Positions 38,396 to 47,819 of a stretch of 64,000 nt of DNA are shown piece by piece. The position numbers and the translations under genes are program-made. Position 1 is the stretch's first letter. Every line of letters starts with the position of its first letter. The stretch spans positions 49,036 to 113,035 of the forward strand of contig JAJISE010000001.1 of the NCBI GenBank assembly GCA_022848865.1. The letters run 5' to 3'. Under the pieces are notes generated by a model. That model saw nothing but the letters and a program-made list of their open reading frames with translations. It ran no database searches and was not told the origin of the DNA. Source of the DNA: Thermoplasmatota archaeon. GTDB lineage: Archaea; Thermoplasmatota; Thermoplasmata; RBG-16-68-12; JAGMCJ01.

Positions 38396-39543
38396 CCTTC
38401 CACCGTCTTGGAGAACATCAAGAGTTGGATCTCTGGCGTTGTGAACCTAGACCTCTTCTTGAGCTCCTCGGCATTCCCTTCCCGCATTAGGGTCAGGAAA
38501 AGCGGATTCCCCTTTGTCAGGAGGTATATCCGCCGCATCGCCTCGTCCTCGATTCTCGGGTTTCCCAACACGAGCTTGGAGCCCTCCTGGCTGAGGCCCT
38601 TGAGATGCATCTCATCGACGACTCCGCCCTCGGTCATCTTCCTGTCGTAGAAGCGGCAGTAGGCGGGGGTCGCCTCCTGCGCGACCACGATCATCTTCGC
38701 CTTCTCGATCCCGGATAGCAGATGCGCGAGGGCATTGAATGCATCCACGAGATCCTCGCCCACGATGCTGTAGTTGTCAAAGACGAGTAGGGAACCGGAG
38801 TCGCGGAGTTCTTCTCCGAGCGCGGTCATCGTGCCATCGAAGTTTCCCTCTTCGAGCAGCTTTCTCACGCTGCTGCCACGTTTCCCAGTCGCGAAGTGCA
38901 CGAGCGGCTTGAGCACGTCCGTGGCATCGTCGTCCTCGGAAAGGTCCTTCCAGAACACTCGCCAGCCCTCGGCCCCATCCAGCAAGGTCCTGACGAGGGA
39001 TGACTTCCCATAACCGACGTGTCCGTACAAGGCCAGAACGGGCGCCTTGCCCGCCAACCACTCCCGCATGTGAAGGAGCTCCGCCTGTCTGTTCACGAGC
39101 TCCCTCTTCCCAGTCGCGGGCTTGGGCGGCATCTGGATAGTGTCAAGGACATCCTCTGGACCCAGGTTCTTGAGGATCTCAGTGTAACTCATCTCGTAGA
39201 GCCCGGACGCCTCCGAGACCGGGAGCTCGGTCTCGCCCGAGCTGGAGCGGACCGTGATCTTTCTCCTTCCAATCTGCTTCCTGATGTTGGCGGCCCGCCT
39301 GTATCCCTTCTCGGTCAGGAAGTACATCTTGAGACGCCTTCCGGCCCCATGGACGCGCTCCCTCCTCTCCTCGATCGCCCCCTCCTCCATGAGCGTCTTC
39401 ATGGATCGCGGGATGTGGCTCCTTCGGATGCCAACGGAGGTCGCGATCCCGGCCTGCGTGATGTCGGGCGGGAGGTCGTTCTGGACATTCCTGTAGTCAA
39501 AAAGGTGAACCAGCATCCTGTCGTTGACAGTTAGACTCGCCAC
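38392..39543 (-). CDS. Winged-helix plus AAA ATPase-domain regulator (archaeal ATPase family).
   Basis: An N-terminal wHTH is followed by Walker A (ALYGHVGYGKSSLV) and Walker B-like (LLVFDNY) motifs. It is divergent from the giant pilin-like gene. Confidence 0.55.
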   Translation of the reverse strand: MASLTVNDRMLVHLFDYRNVQNDLPPDITQAGIATSVGIRRSHIPRSMKTLMEEGAIEERRERVHGAGRRLKMYFLTEKGYRRAANIRKQIGRRKITVRSSSGETELPVSEASGLYEMSYTEILKNLGPEDVLDTIQMPPKPATGKRELVNRQAELLHMREWLAGKAPVLALYGHVGYGKSSLVRTLLDGAEGWRVFWKDLSEDDDATDVLKPLVHFATGKRGSSVRKLLEEGNFDGTMTALGEELRDSGSLLVFDNYSIVGEDLVDAFNALAHLLSGIEKAKMIVVAQEATPAYCRFYDRKMTEGGVVDEMHLKGLSQEGSKLVLGNPRIEDEAMRRIYLLTKGNPLFLTLMREGNAEELKKRSRFTTPEIQLLMFSKTVEG

Positions 39544-39559
39544 GCGATATCATCAGGCA

Positions 39560-39618
39560 GTGGTTATTTAACCATGACGGTAGCGCACTCGCGTGGTGCA
39601 AACCATGGTAACTACCAC
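39560..39618. promoter_or_regulatory. Operator-like palindrome (GTGGTGCAAACCATGGTAACTACCAC at 39594-39618) plus a related upstream half-site (GTGGTTATTTAACCATG at 39560-39576), located in the divergent regulator / giant-gene intergenic region.
   Basis: Dyad symmetry centred on CCATGG with GTGGT...ACCAC flanks. It lies immediately upstream of the TATA box at 39625. Confidence 0.35.
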
Positions 39619-39624
39619 ACAAGG

Positions 39625-39634
39625 CTTATATAAA
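39625..39634 (+). promoter_or_regulatory. TATA box (cttatataaa) for the 1284-aa gene. A strong SD (GGAGGACGAAGG) precedes the ATG at 39672.
   Basis: The AT-rich element lies about 42 nt upstream of the ATG, with the SD sequence in between. Confidence 0.4.
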
Positions 39635-39671
39635 CTCAGGCTCTTCTTTCAGAACCACAGGAGGACGAAGG

Positions 39672-42600
39672 ATGTCACTCTATAGGAAGCGTTTCTCCAG
39701 AGACAATAATGGCGTGGCCGAGGTCGTTGGAACGATATTGATATTGCTCATCACAGTGGTCATCTTCTCGACCATATTCATATGGGTGTACTCTATCCCA
39801 ACGCCAGAGGCTTCAACGAAGCTCCAGATGGAAGGAGCACTGGACCCGATTTATGATACTGGTGTGTGGGACGGGGCGATAATAAACATCACCCACCAGG
39901 GCGGGGAGAATCTGTATGGCTGGAGAACGCAGGTTTACATTCGAGTGAACAATGAGTTCGAGATACTTGAGACCCAGGGAACGATCTCGTACGGACCCAA
40001 CTCTGGGGACCCATACGGACTGAGAGAGGATGGTGACTGGTTCATCGGCGAGGTCTGGAGCATTCTGAACCACACGATTCAGCCTGATGACAGGGTCGAG
40101 GTCGGTGTGGTCGAATCCATAAAGGGCGAGGTGATCTGGAGCTCTTTGCTCTTGGGAGCCGCGGGCGAGCATCCCCCGCTCTTCGTCCAGAAGTGGTATG
40201 ACGGCAATCTGGATACGATTGCGAGGGAGGATCTGAGAGGGAACGAGTCGTTCGCGATCTACGTCCAGATAGTGGACAATGACGGGGATTTCGATTCGGG
40301 CAACCCTGTTTACGCCAACGTGACCGTGCTCTACGCTGACTACGGCGCCTTCAAGATGTACGACAACGGCTCCATGGGAGATGCTCTGGCAGATGATGGC
40401 ATCTGGACTGCGAACTATACGGCGTTCGAAGCGGACGAATCCATGGACGGCTCGCTGGTGATTATCACGGCCGAGGATGATGCTGGTCACAACACGACCG
40501 CCAGGCTAATCCTCAAGCTTCGAGAGACGACGACGATCTACATCCCAACGCCACCGCCGGATTACAATATCACCACACCGAGGTTTGGCCCTGAACTGCT
40601 TCCTGGAAGCGGCCTCCAGCACTATCAGATATTCAACGAGACAGAGTGGGATAAGTTGAGATGGGTAGGCAACGCGTCACGGACGTTCGTGAAGGGTGAG
40701 AGGATCGTCATAGTCATCGCCAGCCATTTCCTTCCTGACACGAATCTGGACAACAAGTTTTGGCTGTTCAAGGCAGAGTCTGGTCTTGGACCACAGCCCG
40801 TAGTCTATGGCGGGGGATCGCTGGGTCCGAATTCTATTCCGTCCTCAACAGAGGCGTTCGAACTCGTTGACTACGTGGGCAAGTTCTACGTCTGGGAGTG
40901 CAGGTGGAACACCTCGAGCGAGGGTCACGGCTTCAGCGACGGACTGCTGGATTACGGCCACTACTCTCTAAGGATAAAACTGAGATCCAGCTACTATCCT
41001 CCACCCGACAATCTCTTCGAGGTCATGGACTTCATCACGGTCACAGATGAGGACGGCAATTTCCCGGACTATCCGATGGTCCAGACCTTCCTTGATGCCA
41101 ACCACGAGCAACCCTCTGATACGTTCAACTACACAGACATTATGTACGTCAAGGTTGTCGTCCAGGATACTGACGGCTCGTTCGAGTTCGGGAACGTCAA
41201 GATACAGGACTTCGGGGCTGGTATCCAAATCTGGGCCAAGCCAGGCAATCCTCCCGTTAGTGCCGCCTCGGTGAACAACTCCGTGAGTTATAAGTTCAAC
41301 ATAGACCTGACCAAGCCGAATTTCGATCCATGGCTCTTCGGAGAGAATGCCTACACGTTGAGGGTTCTGTATCTCAAGGACATCAATGAGGAATACAAGG
41401 TCTCGCTCAGTCGTCTTGTGACGATCAGGGGACCCCGATGGTACTTGGACATTGCCCATTCAATCGAGGGTTACGACCACCCGACCCATGACGACAGGGT
41501 TTACGCTGTGTTCCTCGAGAACCTTGTCTTCAGATGGGAAGATTACTGGATTGAGTCCTACAACGGTCCTCCAAACCAGAGGGACCCACCGTGGGGAGGC
41601 GGTGCTTTCCTCTCCATCGTCTTCGGAGACCTCGATGATGATACCGACTTGGATGTTGTCACGGGTCTCGAAGTGGGCAGATTGTTCATGTACAGGAACC
41701 AAGGCGGGAATGGTCACTTCTGGCAACAAAGAGAAGTCGACAACCTGGGGATGCCAGTCACAGCTGTCGATGTCGGCCATGTCGACAAGGACGGTCTCCT
41801 CGATATCGTCGCTGGAACAGAGGACGGTCATATCTGGTGGTATGCGAGCGACAACCAATGGACGCCGACACTCATCGTGGATACGGGTTTGGAGATTCAC
41901 GAGTTGGTGATGGCAGACATGGATGATGACGATGACGATGACTTGGTCGTCGCGACTGGGAACGATCTTCGTGTCTATGAGAACAGCGATGGCGTCTTCG
42001 GGACGATCACGACACTGGAATACTTCGCAGAGGCGGACATTGGAGGCAATGGAACCGTCGTGCCATCACCACTTGGCTTCGAGAAAACCAAAATGTCCGA
42101 TGACGACTATGAGTCCATAACTGAAGTAAGCGGAATCGCGTATAACGTCAGCACATACACTGCACAGGGAGAGGTCGATGCCCAGTACGAAGACCCAAAG
42201 AGCGGGGACTACACCAACACAAAGACCGAGGATGGGTCCTACGAGGTCCTCAGAGAGAAGAATTCATACCCACTCAAACTCAATGGGAAGTATCGTTACC
42301 TCATTCGCAATTGGACTGGCAATCTAGCAACGCATGGGCACGCCTTCCTGTTTGGAGATGTGCCGAATGGGGATCTCATTAAGCTCTACATCAACAGCTA
42401 CATAAGCAACGGAACAACCAACGAGCCATTCAATATGGGCTGGTCCAACGATTGGACAGCGAACCCGACTTACATCTCAGATATCTCAAGGACGACAATA
42501 GGGACAGATGAATTCAATCTGAAGGCTGCAGGGTTCACTGGCGGACCGCTCATCATCTGGATATGGGATGATGATCACAGCGAGAAAGACATCACTTCCC

Positions 42601-43526
42601 TTGATGAGGCACTGAGTTGGCTATCCATCGACTACATGGGTGTGAAGGTCTTTACGGCAAACGGAACGACGAGCACTCTGGACCACATCTGGAGAACCGA
42701 TTCCATCCAGGCCAATGGGCACGCATACAAGTTCTTCTTAGAGGCCTATCACGATGACAACGCTGAGAATGACCACTTCACGTTCCAGTACTCCCAGAAC
42801 CAAGGAGGTCCCTGGACGGACATGGTGACCATAGTACGCACATCGGATCCTAACGACTATACTGGGGCCACGCTTCCCACAACGGTCGCAGGAAACGCAT
42901 ACATAAAAGTTATCGACACCGACGGCACGAACGGTAGACTCAACAACGACACTGTGTATGTGGACCATATGTTCATCAGGAGATACTATGTCTCGACAAC
43001 CCCACTCTACTCCATCGACCTCGGTAGCACCGTGAATAGTATCGCCGTCGGTGATGTGGACGGTGATGGTGATAATGACGTTGCTGCGGCGACTTCCAGT
43101 GGGAACATCTATGTGAGGTACAATGATGGCCTGGGTGACCTGGGTTTGGTGGACGTGCTTGCGGCAACTGGCTCAGTTCTACAAGTGGATCTTGCCTATA
43201 TTGATGGCGACGACGCCCTCGATGTCGTCGCGGGAACGGACGACAACAAAGTCTACTGGTTCGAGAATGCCCTTCCACAAACCTCATGGGATAGGGAAAA
43301 GATTGCGGACACCGATGGTGACGTCACGGCCCTGAGGGCCGGAGATGTCAATGGTGATTACTGGGACGATATCGTGATAGGAACAGATACAGGGAAGATC
43401 GTCTGGTACAAGAATGAGCGTCCTGGCTGGAAGACAGAGATCGTGGATAGCCGCAATTCACCCATCTACGATCTGGACATCGGCGACGTTGACCGAGGAG
43501 TGACGATCGAGCTAGAGAGGGACTAG
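39672..43526 (+). CDS. Giant (1284 aa) surface protein. It has an archaeal type IV pilin-like (class III) N-terminal signal/anchor and multiple FG-GAP/VCBS-like beta-propeller repeats.
   Basis: The N-terminus RDNNGVAEVVGTILILLITVVIFSTIF matches the archaeal pilin N-terminal domain consensus. Repeated D-x-D-x-DG-x-x-D-hydrophobic-hydrophobic-x-G blocks are present (DLDDDTDLDVVTG, DKDGLLDIVAGTEDGHIWWY, DDDDDDDLVVATG, DVDGDGDNDVAAATSSGNIYV, DGDDALDVVAGTDDNKVYWF, NGDYWDDIVIGTDTGKIVWY). Confidence 0.75.
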   Translation: MSLYRKRFSRDNNGVAEVVGTILILLITVVIFSTIFIWVYSIPTPEASTKLQMEGALDPIYDTGVWDGAIINITHQGGENLYGWRTQVYIRVNNEFEILETQGTISYGPNSGDPYGLREDGDWFIGEVWSILNHTIQPDDRVEVGVVESIKGEVIWSSLLLGAAGEHPPLFVQKWYDGNLDTIAREDLRGNESFAIYVQIVDNDGDFDSGNPVYANVTVLYADYGAFKMYDNGSMGDALADDGIWTANYTAFEADESMDGSLVIITAEDDAGHNTTARLILKLRETTTIYIPTPPPDYNITTPRFGPELLPGSGLQHYQIFNETEWDKLRWVGNASRTFVKGERIVIVIASHFLPDTNLDNKFWLFKAESGLGPQPVVYGGGSLGPNSIPSSTEAFELVDYVGKFYVWECRWNTSSEGHGFSDGLLDYGHYSLRIKLRSSYYPPPDNLFEVMDFITVTDEDGNFPDYPMVQTFLDANHEQPSDTFNYTDIMYVKVVVQDTDGSFEFGNVKIQDFGAGIQIWAKPGNPPVSAASVNNSVSYKFNIDLTKPNFDPWLFGENAYTLRVLYLKDINEEYKVSLSRLVTIRGPRWYLDIAHSIEGYDHPTHDDRVYAVFLENLVFRWEDYWIESYNGPPNQRDPPWGGGAFLSIVFGDLDDDTDLDVVTGLEVGRLFMYRNQGGNGHFWQQREVDNLGMPVTAVDVGHVDKDGLLDIVAGTEDGHIWWYASDNQWTPTLIVDTGLEIHELVMADMDDDDDDDLVVATGNDLRVYENSDGVFGTITTLEYFAEADIGGNGTVVPSPLGFEKTKMSDDDYESITEVSGIAYNVSTYTAQGEVDAQYEDPKSGDYTNTKTEDGSYEVLREKNSYPLKLNGKYRYLIRNWTGNLATHGHAFLFGDVPNGDLIKLYINSYISNGTTNEPFNMGWSNDWTANPTYISDISRTTIGTDEFNLKAAGFTGGPLIIWIWDDDHSEKDITSLDEALSWLSIDYMGVKVFTANGTTSTLDHIWRTDSIQANGHAYKFFLEAYHDDNAENDHFTFQYSQNQGGPWTDMVTIVRTSDPNDYTGATLPTTVAGNAYIKVIDTDGTNGRLNNDTVYVDHMFIRRYYVSTTPLYSIDLGSTVNSIAVGDVDGDGDNDVAAATSSGNIYVRYNDGLGDLGLVDVLAATGSVLQVDLAYIDGDDALDVVAGTDDNKVYWFENALPQTSWDREKIADTDGDVTALRAGDVNGDYWDDIVIGTDTGKIVWYKNERPGWKTEIVDSRNSPIYDLDIGDVDRGVTIELERD

Positions 43527-44135
43527 TCGCTCCAGGTGCTTGAGGACGCCATCCGCCCTTTCCACCTCAATCAGGGAAAGGACCCTTGACCATTTGCCCG
43601 CCATCTTCGACAGTCTCAGAGCGATATATCGCTCCCTTTCCTGTTCAAGCCGCTCAAAACCATTATGCCTGTTGACGTACGCGTCGAACTCCAGCACGAA
43701 GTCCCCCGGTGACTGGGCCTTGAACTTCTTCCCAACGAGTGCGCGAGAATCCCTGGTCTGCTTCATCACGTCGACGACGGAGACAAAATTGCAGTACGCC
43801 TCGGTGTACAGGTGTTCATTCATGTCCACGGCCATGCACGGGACCCGCAGGCGTCTCGCAACCGCGATACACTCGGAGTAGCAGGGTGGGGGCTTCCTCA
43901 CGTCTCCGAACTTCTGCAATCCCTTCATGTAGGCCTCCTCGTGAGCGCTTGACGGCTCTGCCTCTTGATTCCCCAGGGTGCCCAGCGTCCTGAGCTCCTC
44001 CTTTGAGATGCAGATGCCCAGTGCGTCCGGTTTGGTCTCTTCAATCGCCCGCTCGACCTCCTCCGCCTCGCTGACGAGGCCCCTGATCACGGGTAACACG
44101 AAAATCCTGGAGCCGCCCCTCCCAATGGAATCCAT
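43512..44135 (-). CDS. TraB/GumN-family protein (tentative).
   Basis: The N-terminal block SRIFVLPVIRGLVSEAEEVERAIEETKPDALGICISKEEL resembles the TraB-family GTAHVS...PD-V-VEL region. Confidence 0.4.
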   Translation of the reverse strand: MDSIGRGGSRIFVLPVIRGLVSEAEEVERAIEETKPDALGICISKEELRTLGTLGNQEAEPSSAHEEAYMKGLQKFGDVRKPPPCYSECIAVARRLRVPCMAVDMNEHLYTEAYCNFVSVVDVMKQTRDSRALVGKKFKAQSPGDFVLEFDAYVNRHNGFERLEQERERYIALRLSKMAGKWSRVLSLIEVERADGVLKHLERLVPL

Positions 44136-44139
44136 CGAA

Positions 44140-45081
44140 TCACTTCTTCCTTTCCAAAATCAGGTCCAGCATCCCTTCCCTGTCCTTGACCTTCTTGAGC
44201 TCCTTCTCGAGGATGATCGGCGTCCCTTCTATGTTCCGCTTCACAGTGAGCTGCCTGACGAAAATCACAGAGTCCTTCTCGACAACGCTGGAGATGTTCG
44301 CTACAATCTTCGCCTTGGTCGAGAGATCCGATTGTCTCCTTTCCAGACCCGTGAGCAGAATCACCTTCCTGTCCCTTGTCACGGCATCGAACGGGCATCT
44401 GATGGTCGGCACGATGCTGTACCCAAGCATGGACAGATGACCGAAGACATCCCTCTCGAACTGGTCGAGCTGATTCCACGACGTCATGATCTCATCGGCA
44501 TCCGGTTTCAGGTGGAAGGGGTCCACGGCCTGGACGATAGGCTCCCCCAGGAACTCCTCGAGCCTCAAGGCGACATCTACGGTGGCGCCCATCCCGTCCT
44601 CGTACATCTGGATCGTCCGCCTGGACACGCCCGCGATCTCCGCCAGTGCTCCCAAGGAGATGCTCTTCTTCTCCCTTGCACGGCGTATGATCGTCCCGTC
44701 GAGCTTCACGTACAGGCCGCCCGGTGCGGAGAACATGAACGGTGGCACGCCCTCGACGAAGATGTCCGTGAAGGTTCCAAGAGAAAGGATCGGGATCCCG
44801 AACCGGGAGTATATCGCCCCGTCCTCCAGTTTTCCAGCCCCGCTCTTCCCCGCCAGTATGAGAGGCGTCCCCTCGAGGCAAGATGCAATCATCTTCAGCT
44901 CCTGCGAGCGCTTCCTGCCCAGCGAATCGATGTTCAGAAGCACTTTCGTGACCAGCAGCGTGTCGTCCCGCCTGGCGACGAAATCGAAACTAATCCTCCT
45001 TGTGTCCAGTCTCTGGGACAGATAGAATCCAGTCTTCGCTAGGATTTCCCGAGATGTATCGATTATCTGCTGGCGGTTCAC
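44140..45081 (-). CDS. Putative HTH-type transcriptional regulator (archaeal approximately 315-aa family with a central cro/C1-type HTH).
   Basis: The central XRE HTH is SLGALAEIAGVSRRTIQMYEDG. The size and architecture match the archaeal putative HTH-type regulator family. Confidence 0.6.
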   Translation of the reverse strand: MNRQQIIDTSREILAKTGFYLSQRLDTRRISFDFVARRDDTLLVTKVLLNIDSLGRKRSQELKMIASCLEGTPLILAGKSGAGKLEDGAIYSRFGIPILSLGTFTDIFVEGVPPFMFSAPGGLYVKLDGTIIRRAREKKSISLGALAEIAGVSRRTIQMYEDGMGATVDVALRLEEFLGEPIVQAVDPFHLKPDADEIMTSWNQLDQFERDVFGHLSMLGYSIVPTIRCPFDAVTRDRKVILLTGLERRQSDLSTKAKIVANISSVVEKDSVIFVRQLTVKRNIEGTPIILEKELKKVKDREGMLDLILERKK

Positions 45082-45193
45082 AATTTCAATAACGTGGACT
45101 CTTCTATATAAAGATAATCAGCTGCCTGGGGTCGGTCTTCTTCTCTTTGGACCCTGCCAGTTCACGCGACATCGGCCGTGGCGTTCCGGGAAG

Positions 45194-45203
45194 GTTTATA
45201 GAG
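45194..45203 (+). promoter_or_regulatory. TATA-like element (ggtttataga) about 27 nt upstream of the endA ATG, suggesting a leaderless transcript.
   Basis: It is an isolated AT-rich element in a GC-rich spacer. Confidence 0.3.
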
Positions 45204-45225
45204 GACTGACACTATCGAGACCAGG

Positions 45226-46278
45226 ATGAGCGCCGTTCTCAAGGACGGGGAGATAGAAATCCTTGACGAGTCGGAGGCCAGCCAGATATATAGCAAAGGT
45301 TATTTCGGCAAGCCCCAGTCCGGAGGTTCCCTAAGGATGGACCTGATCGAGGGGCTCTACCTGGTTGAGAGTGGAAGGCTAGAGGTGGAGATGGACGGGA
45401 AGAACGTGAACGCCAACACCCTCATCCGCCTCGGTCACAAGAGGGAGGGGAATTTCGAAATCAGATACCTTGTTTACAGAGATATGAGGAAGAGAGGATA
45501 TGTTGTCAAGTCAGGCGTTGGCCCTCTGGATTTCCGCGTCTATCCGAGAGGAGGAGGACCTCCGACTGCGGCCTCGAAATACTGGGTCATCGCGCTCTCC
45601 GAGAGAGCGGTATTCGATCTTAAGGGGTTGATCGGACTGGTGGACAGGGCCGTGGCGGCCCGGAAATCGCTACTCGCGGCGGTGGTGGACGAGGAGGGCG
45701 ACCTGACATACTACAAGGTCTCCCAAGTCAGTCCGAAGGGGCGAGGGAAGAGAAGGAAAGCCAAACACCCCGCTGAAGCGATCTTCTTCGGCGACAGGGT
45801 GATGATACTGGACCCCGAGGATGCCAGGAGAATCCACGAGAGCGAGTTCTTTGGACGACTGATCGGAAGCAGGCTCCAACTCTCGCTCATCGAGACAGCG
45901 TTCCTGTTGAAGAGGGGCGACATCGGGGTCGTGAACGGCAGAACGGGGAGAAGGATCTCCGGGACCACGTTCCTCAAGGAAGCTGTGAATGTGCAGGCGG
46001 ATTTCCGAATGAGGCTCAGGGTCTACGAGGACCTGAAGGGGAGGGGGATCGTCGTCAAGACGGGGTTCAAGTACGGCTCGCACTTCCGTGCATACAAGGG
46101 GGATCCGGCTACCGGCCACGCGAAGTACTTGGTCCATTCGTTCCCGGCGAGCTACAAGGGCATGTGGCCAGAGGTGAGCAGAGCCGTTAGGTTGGCTCAC
46201 GGGGTCAAAAAGGACATCCTGTTCGGTCGGGTCGGAAGGGAAATCGACTACATCCGACTGTACAGGATCAGACCCTAG
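45226..46278 (+). CDS. endA: tRNA-splicing endonuclease, two-repeat (homodimeric alpha-prime-2 type) form.
   Basis: Repeat 1 reads [27 protein letters not shown]. Repeat 2 reads [26 protein letters not shown]...GHAKYLVH. The catalytic Tyr/His/Lys context sits in the C-terminal repeat. Confidence 0.85.
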   Translation: MSAVLKDGEIEILDESEASQIYSKGYFGKPQSGGSLRMDLIEGLYLVESGRLEVEMDGKNVNANTLIRLGHKREGNFEIRYLVYRDMRKRGYVVKSGVGPLDFRVYPRGGGPPTAASKYWVIALSERAVFDLKGLIGLVDRAVAARKSLLAAVVDEEGDLTYYKVSQVSPKGRGKRRKAKHPAEAIFFGDRVMILDPEDARRIHESEFFGRLIGSRLQLSLIETAFLLKRGDIGVVNGRTGRRISGTTFLKEAVNVQADFRMRLRVYEDLKGRGIVVKTGFKYGSHFRAYKGDPATGHAKYLVHSFPASYKGMWPEVSRAVRLAHGVKKDILFGRVGREIDYIRLYRIRP

Positions 46279-47216
46279 AGCTCGATCTCGATACCCAGCT
46301 TGTCGGTCAGCTCCTTGTATCTGTTCCTGATGGTGACTTCTGTCACGCCCGCGACGTCCGCGACCTCTCTCTGCGTCCTTCTCTCGTTGGCCAGTATCGA
46401 TGATATGTAGATGGCCGCCGCCGCGACACCTGTGGGTCCCCGGCCAGACGTAAGCTCTCTGTCCGATGCGTCCTTCAGGATCTCGATCGCCTTCGACTGG
46501 ACCTCACCGCTCAGTCTCAACTCGCTGCAGAACCTCGAGACGTAGTCCTGAGGCTTGGTCGGCAAGAGCTTCAGCTTGAGCTGACGCGTCATGAAGCGGT
46601 ATGTCCTTCCGATCTCCTTCCTTCCCACTCTCGATGACCCAGCGATCTCGTCGAGCGTCCTAGGGACGTTGCACTGCCGGCACGCCGCGTACAGAGAGGC
46701 CGCCACCACGCCCTCAATGCTCCTCCCGCGAATCAGGTTCTTATGCACAGCCTTCCTGTATATCATCGCGGCGGTCTCCCGCACGTTTCTGGGGAGTCCC
46801 ATCCCGCTTGCCATGCGGTCGAGCTCGCTCAGGGCGAACGCGAGGTTCCTCTCCGTGGCGTTTGAGACCCGTATCCTCCTCTGCCACTTCCTCAGCCTGT
46901 ACAGCTGAGCTCTGTTCCTGGTTGGTATGCTCTTACCATACGAGTCCTTGTTCTTCCACCCGATGGTGGTTGAGAGTCCCTTGTCGTGCATCGTGTACGT
47001 CATGGGAGCGCCTGTCCGGGCGCGCTTCTCGCCTTGTTCGACGTCAAATGCCCGCCACTCAGGTCCTTGGTCTATCATCTGATCGTCAAGAACAAGACCG
47101 CATTCCTCACAGACGAGCTCTCCCTTCTTGTAGTCCCTTGTGATATGAGAGCTCCCACACTCTGGACACCTTGTGACTTCAACCGTTGTCTCGACTTTCT
47201 TCTTTTTCTTTGGCAT
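46275..47216 (-). CDS. tfb: Transcription initiation factor IIB (TFB).
   Basis: An N-terminal zinc ribbon (CPECGS...CEECGLV), a B-finger and two cyclin-fold repeats are present. Confidence 0.9.
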   Translation of the reverse strand: MPKKKKKVETTVEVTRCPECGSSHITRDYKKGELVCEECGLVLDDQMIDQGPEWRAFDVEQGEKRARTGAPMTYTMHDKGLSTTIGWKNKDSYGKSIPTRNRAQLYRLRKWQRRIRVSNATERNLAFALSELDRMASGMGLPRNVRETAAMIYRKAVHKNLIRGRSIEGVVAASLYAACRQCNVPRTLDEIAGSSRVGRKEIGRTYRFMTRQLKLKLLPTKPQDYVSRFCSELRLSGEVQSKAIEILKDASDRELTSGRGPTGVAAAAIYISSILANERRTQREVADVAGVTEVTIRNRYKELTDKLGIEIEL

Positions 47217-47228
47217 GTCACGCCCCCA

Positions 47229-47456
47229 TTATTCTAGGTGCAGTTCCTTACCAATCACTCCCAATAGTCTCCGTTTTCCCGATGTCGGTTTCACGGTAAC
47301 GTAGGGGCGGGAGACTGGGCCGAACACCCTTTCGACCCGACCGATCTGCTGTCCATCACCGGTGAATACCTTATCTCCCAGGCTCGGAGCGGCTTCGGCA
47401 CGTGTTACCAGCGTTCCTCGATATGAGACGTCCACCACAATTCCCAAACGTTTCAT
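47229..47456 (-). CDS. gar1: H/ACA ribonucleoprotein complex subunit Gar1.
   Basis: MKRLG...VFGPVSRPYVTVKP matches archaeal Gar1. The conserved gar1-tfb adjacency is present. Confidence 0.85.
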   Translation of the reverse strand: MKRLGIVVDVSYRGTLVTRAEAAPSLGDKVFTGDGQQIGRVERVFGPVSRPYVTVKPTSGKRRLLGVIGKELHLE

Positions 47457-47597
47457 CTACTCTCCAACGTGAGAAACCTGACTGGTCTCGTTGCAATACC
47501 CAGTACTGTATTTAAGGCTTTCGCAAATCTTTATTGGTAGAAGACGGACTGCGGACCTGTAAGCTCTCTCGACCCAAGACAATCCTTTTAATATGGT

Positions 47598-47819
47598 TTG
47601 ATGATTGAGCGGGCGATGGTCGAAAGACTGGTTCAGCACAAGCACTGCAGGCAATGCGGGCTGGCAACTCCCGCGAAGGACGTCTTCTGTTCGGAGGACT
47701 GCGAGAGCGATCACAAGAGGATGTTGAGGAAGAAGAAGAACCAGCTCCTCTTGCTGTATGTGAGCAGCATCGTCGTACTCATACTCATTCTCCTCCTGAG
47801 CTGGGGGTTGCCCTTCTGA
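47598..47819 (+). CDS. Small zinc-ribbon plus single-TM protein (tentative). It could alternatively start at 47616, which would be leaderless relative to the TATA ttttaata at about 47582.
   Basis: CRQCG...CSEDCE zinc ribbon. A basic patch (RKKKN) precedes a hydrophobic helix, following the positive-inside rule. It overlaps the 5' part of the downstream PPAT-fusion ORF in another frame. Confidence 0.35.
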   Translation: MMIERAMVERLVQHKHCRQCGLATPAKDVFCSEDCESDHKRMLRKKKNQLLLLYVSSIVVLILILLLSWGLPF

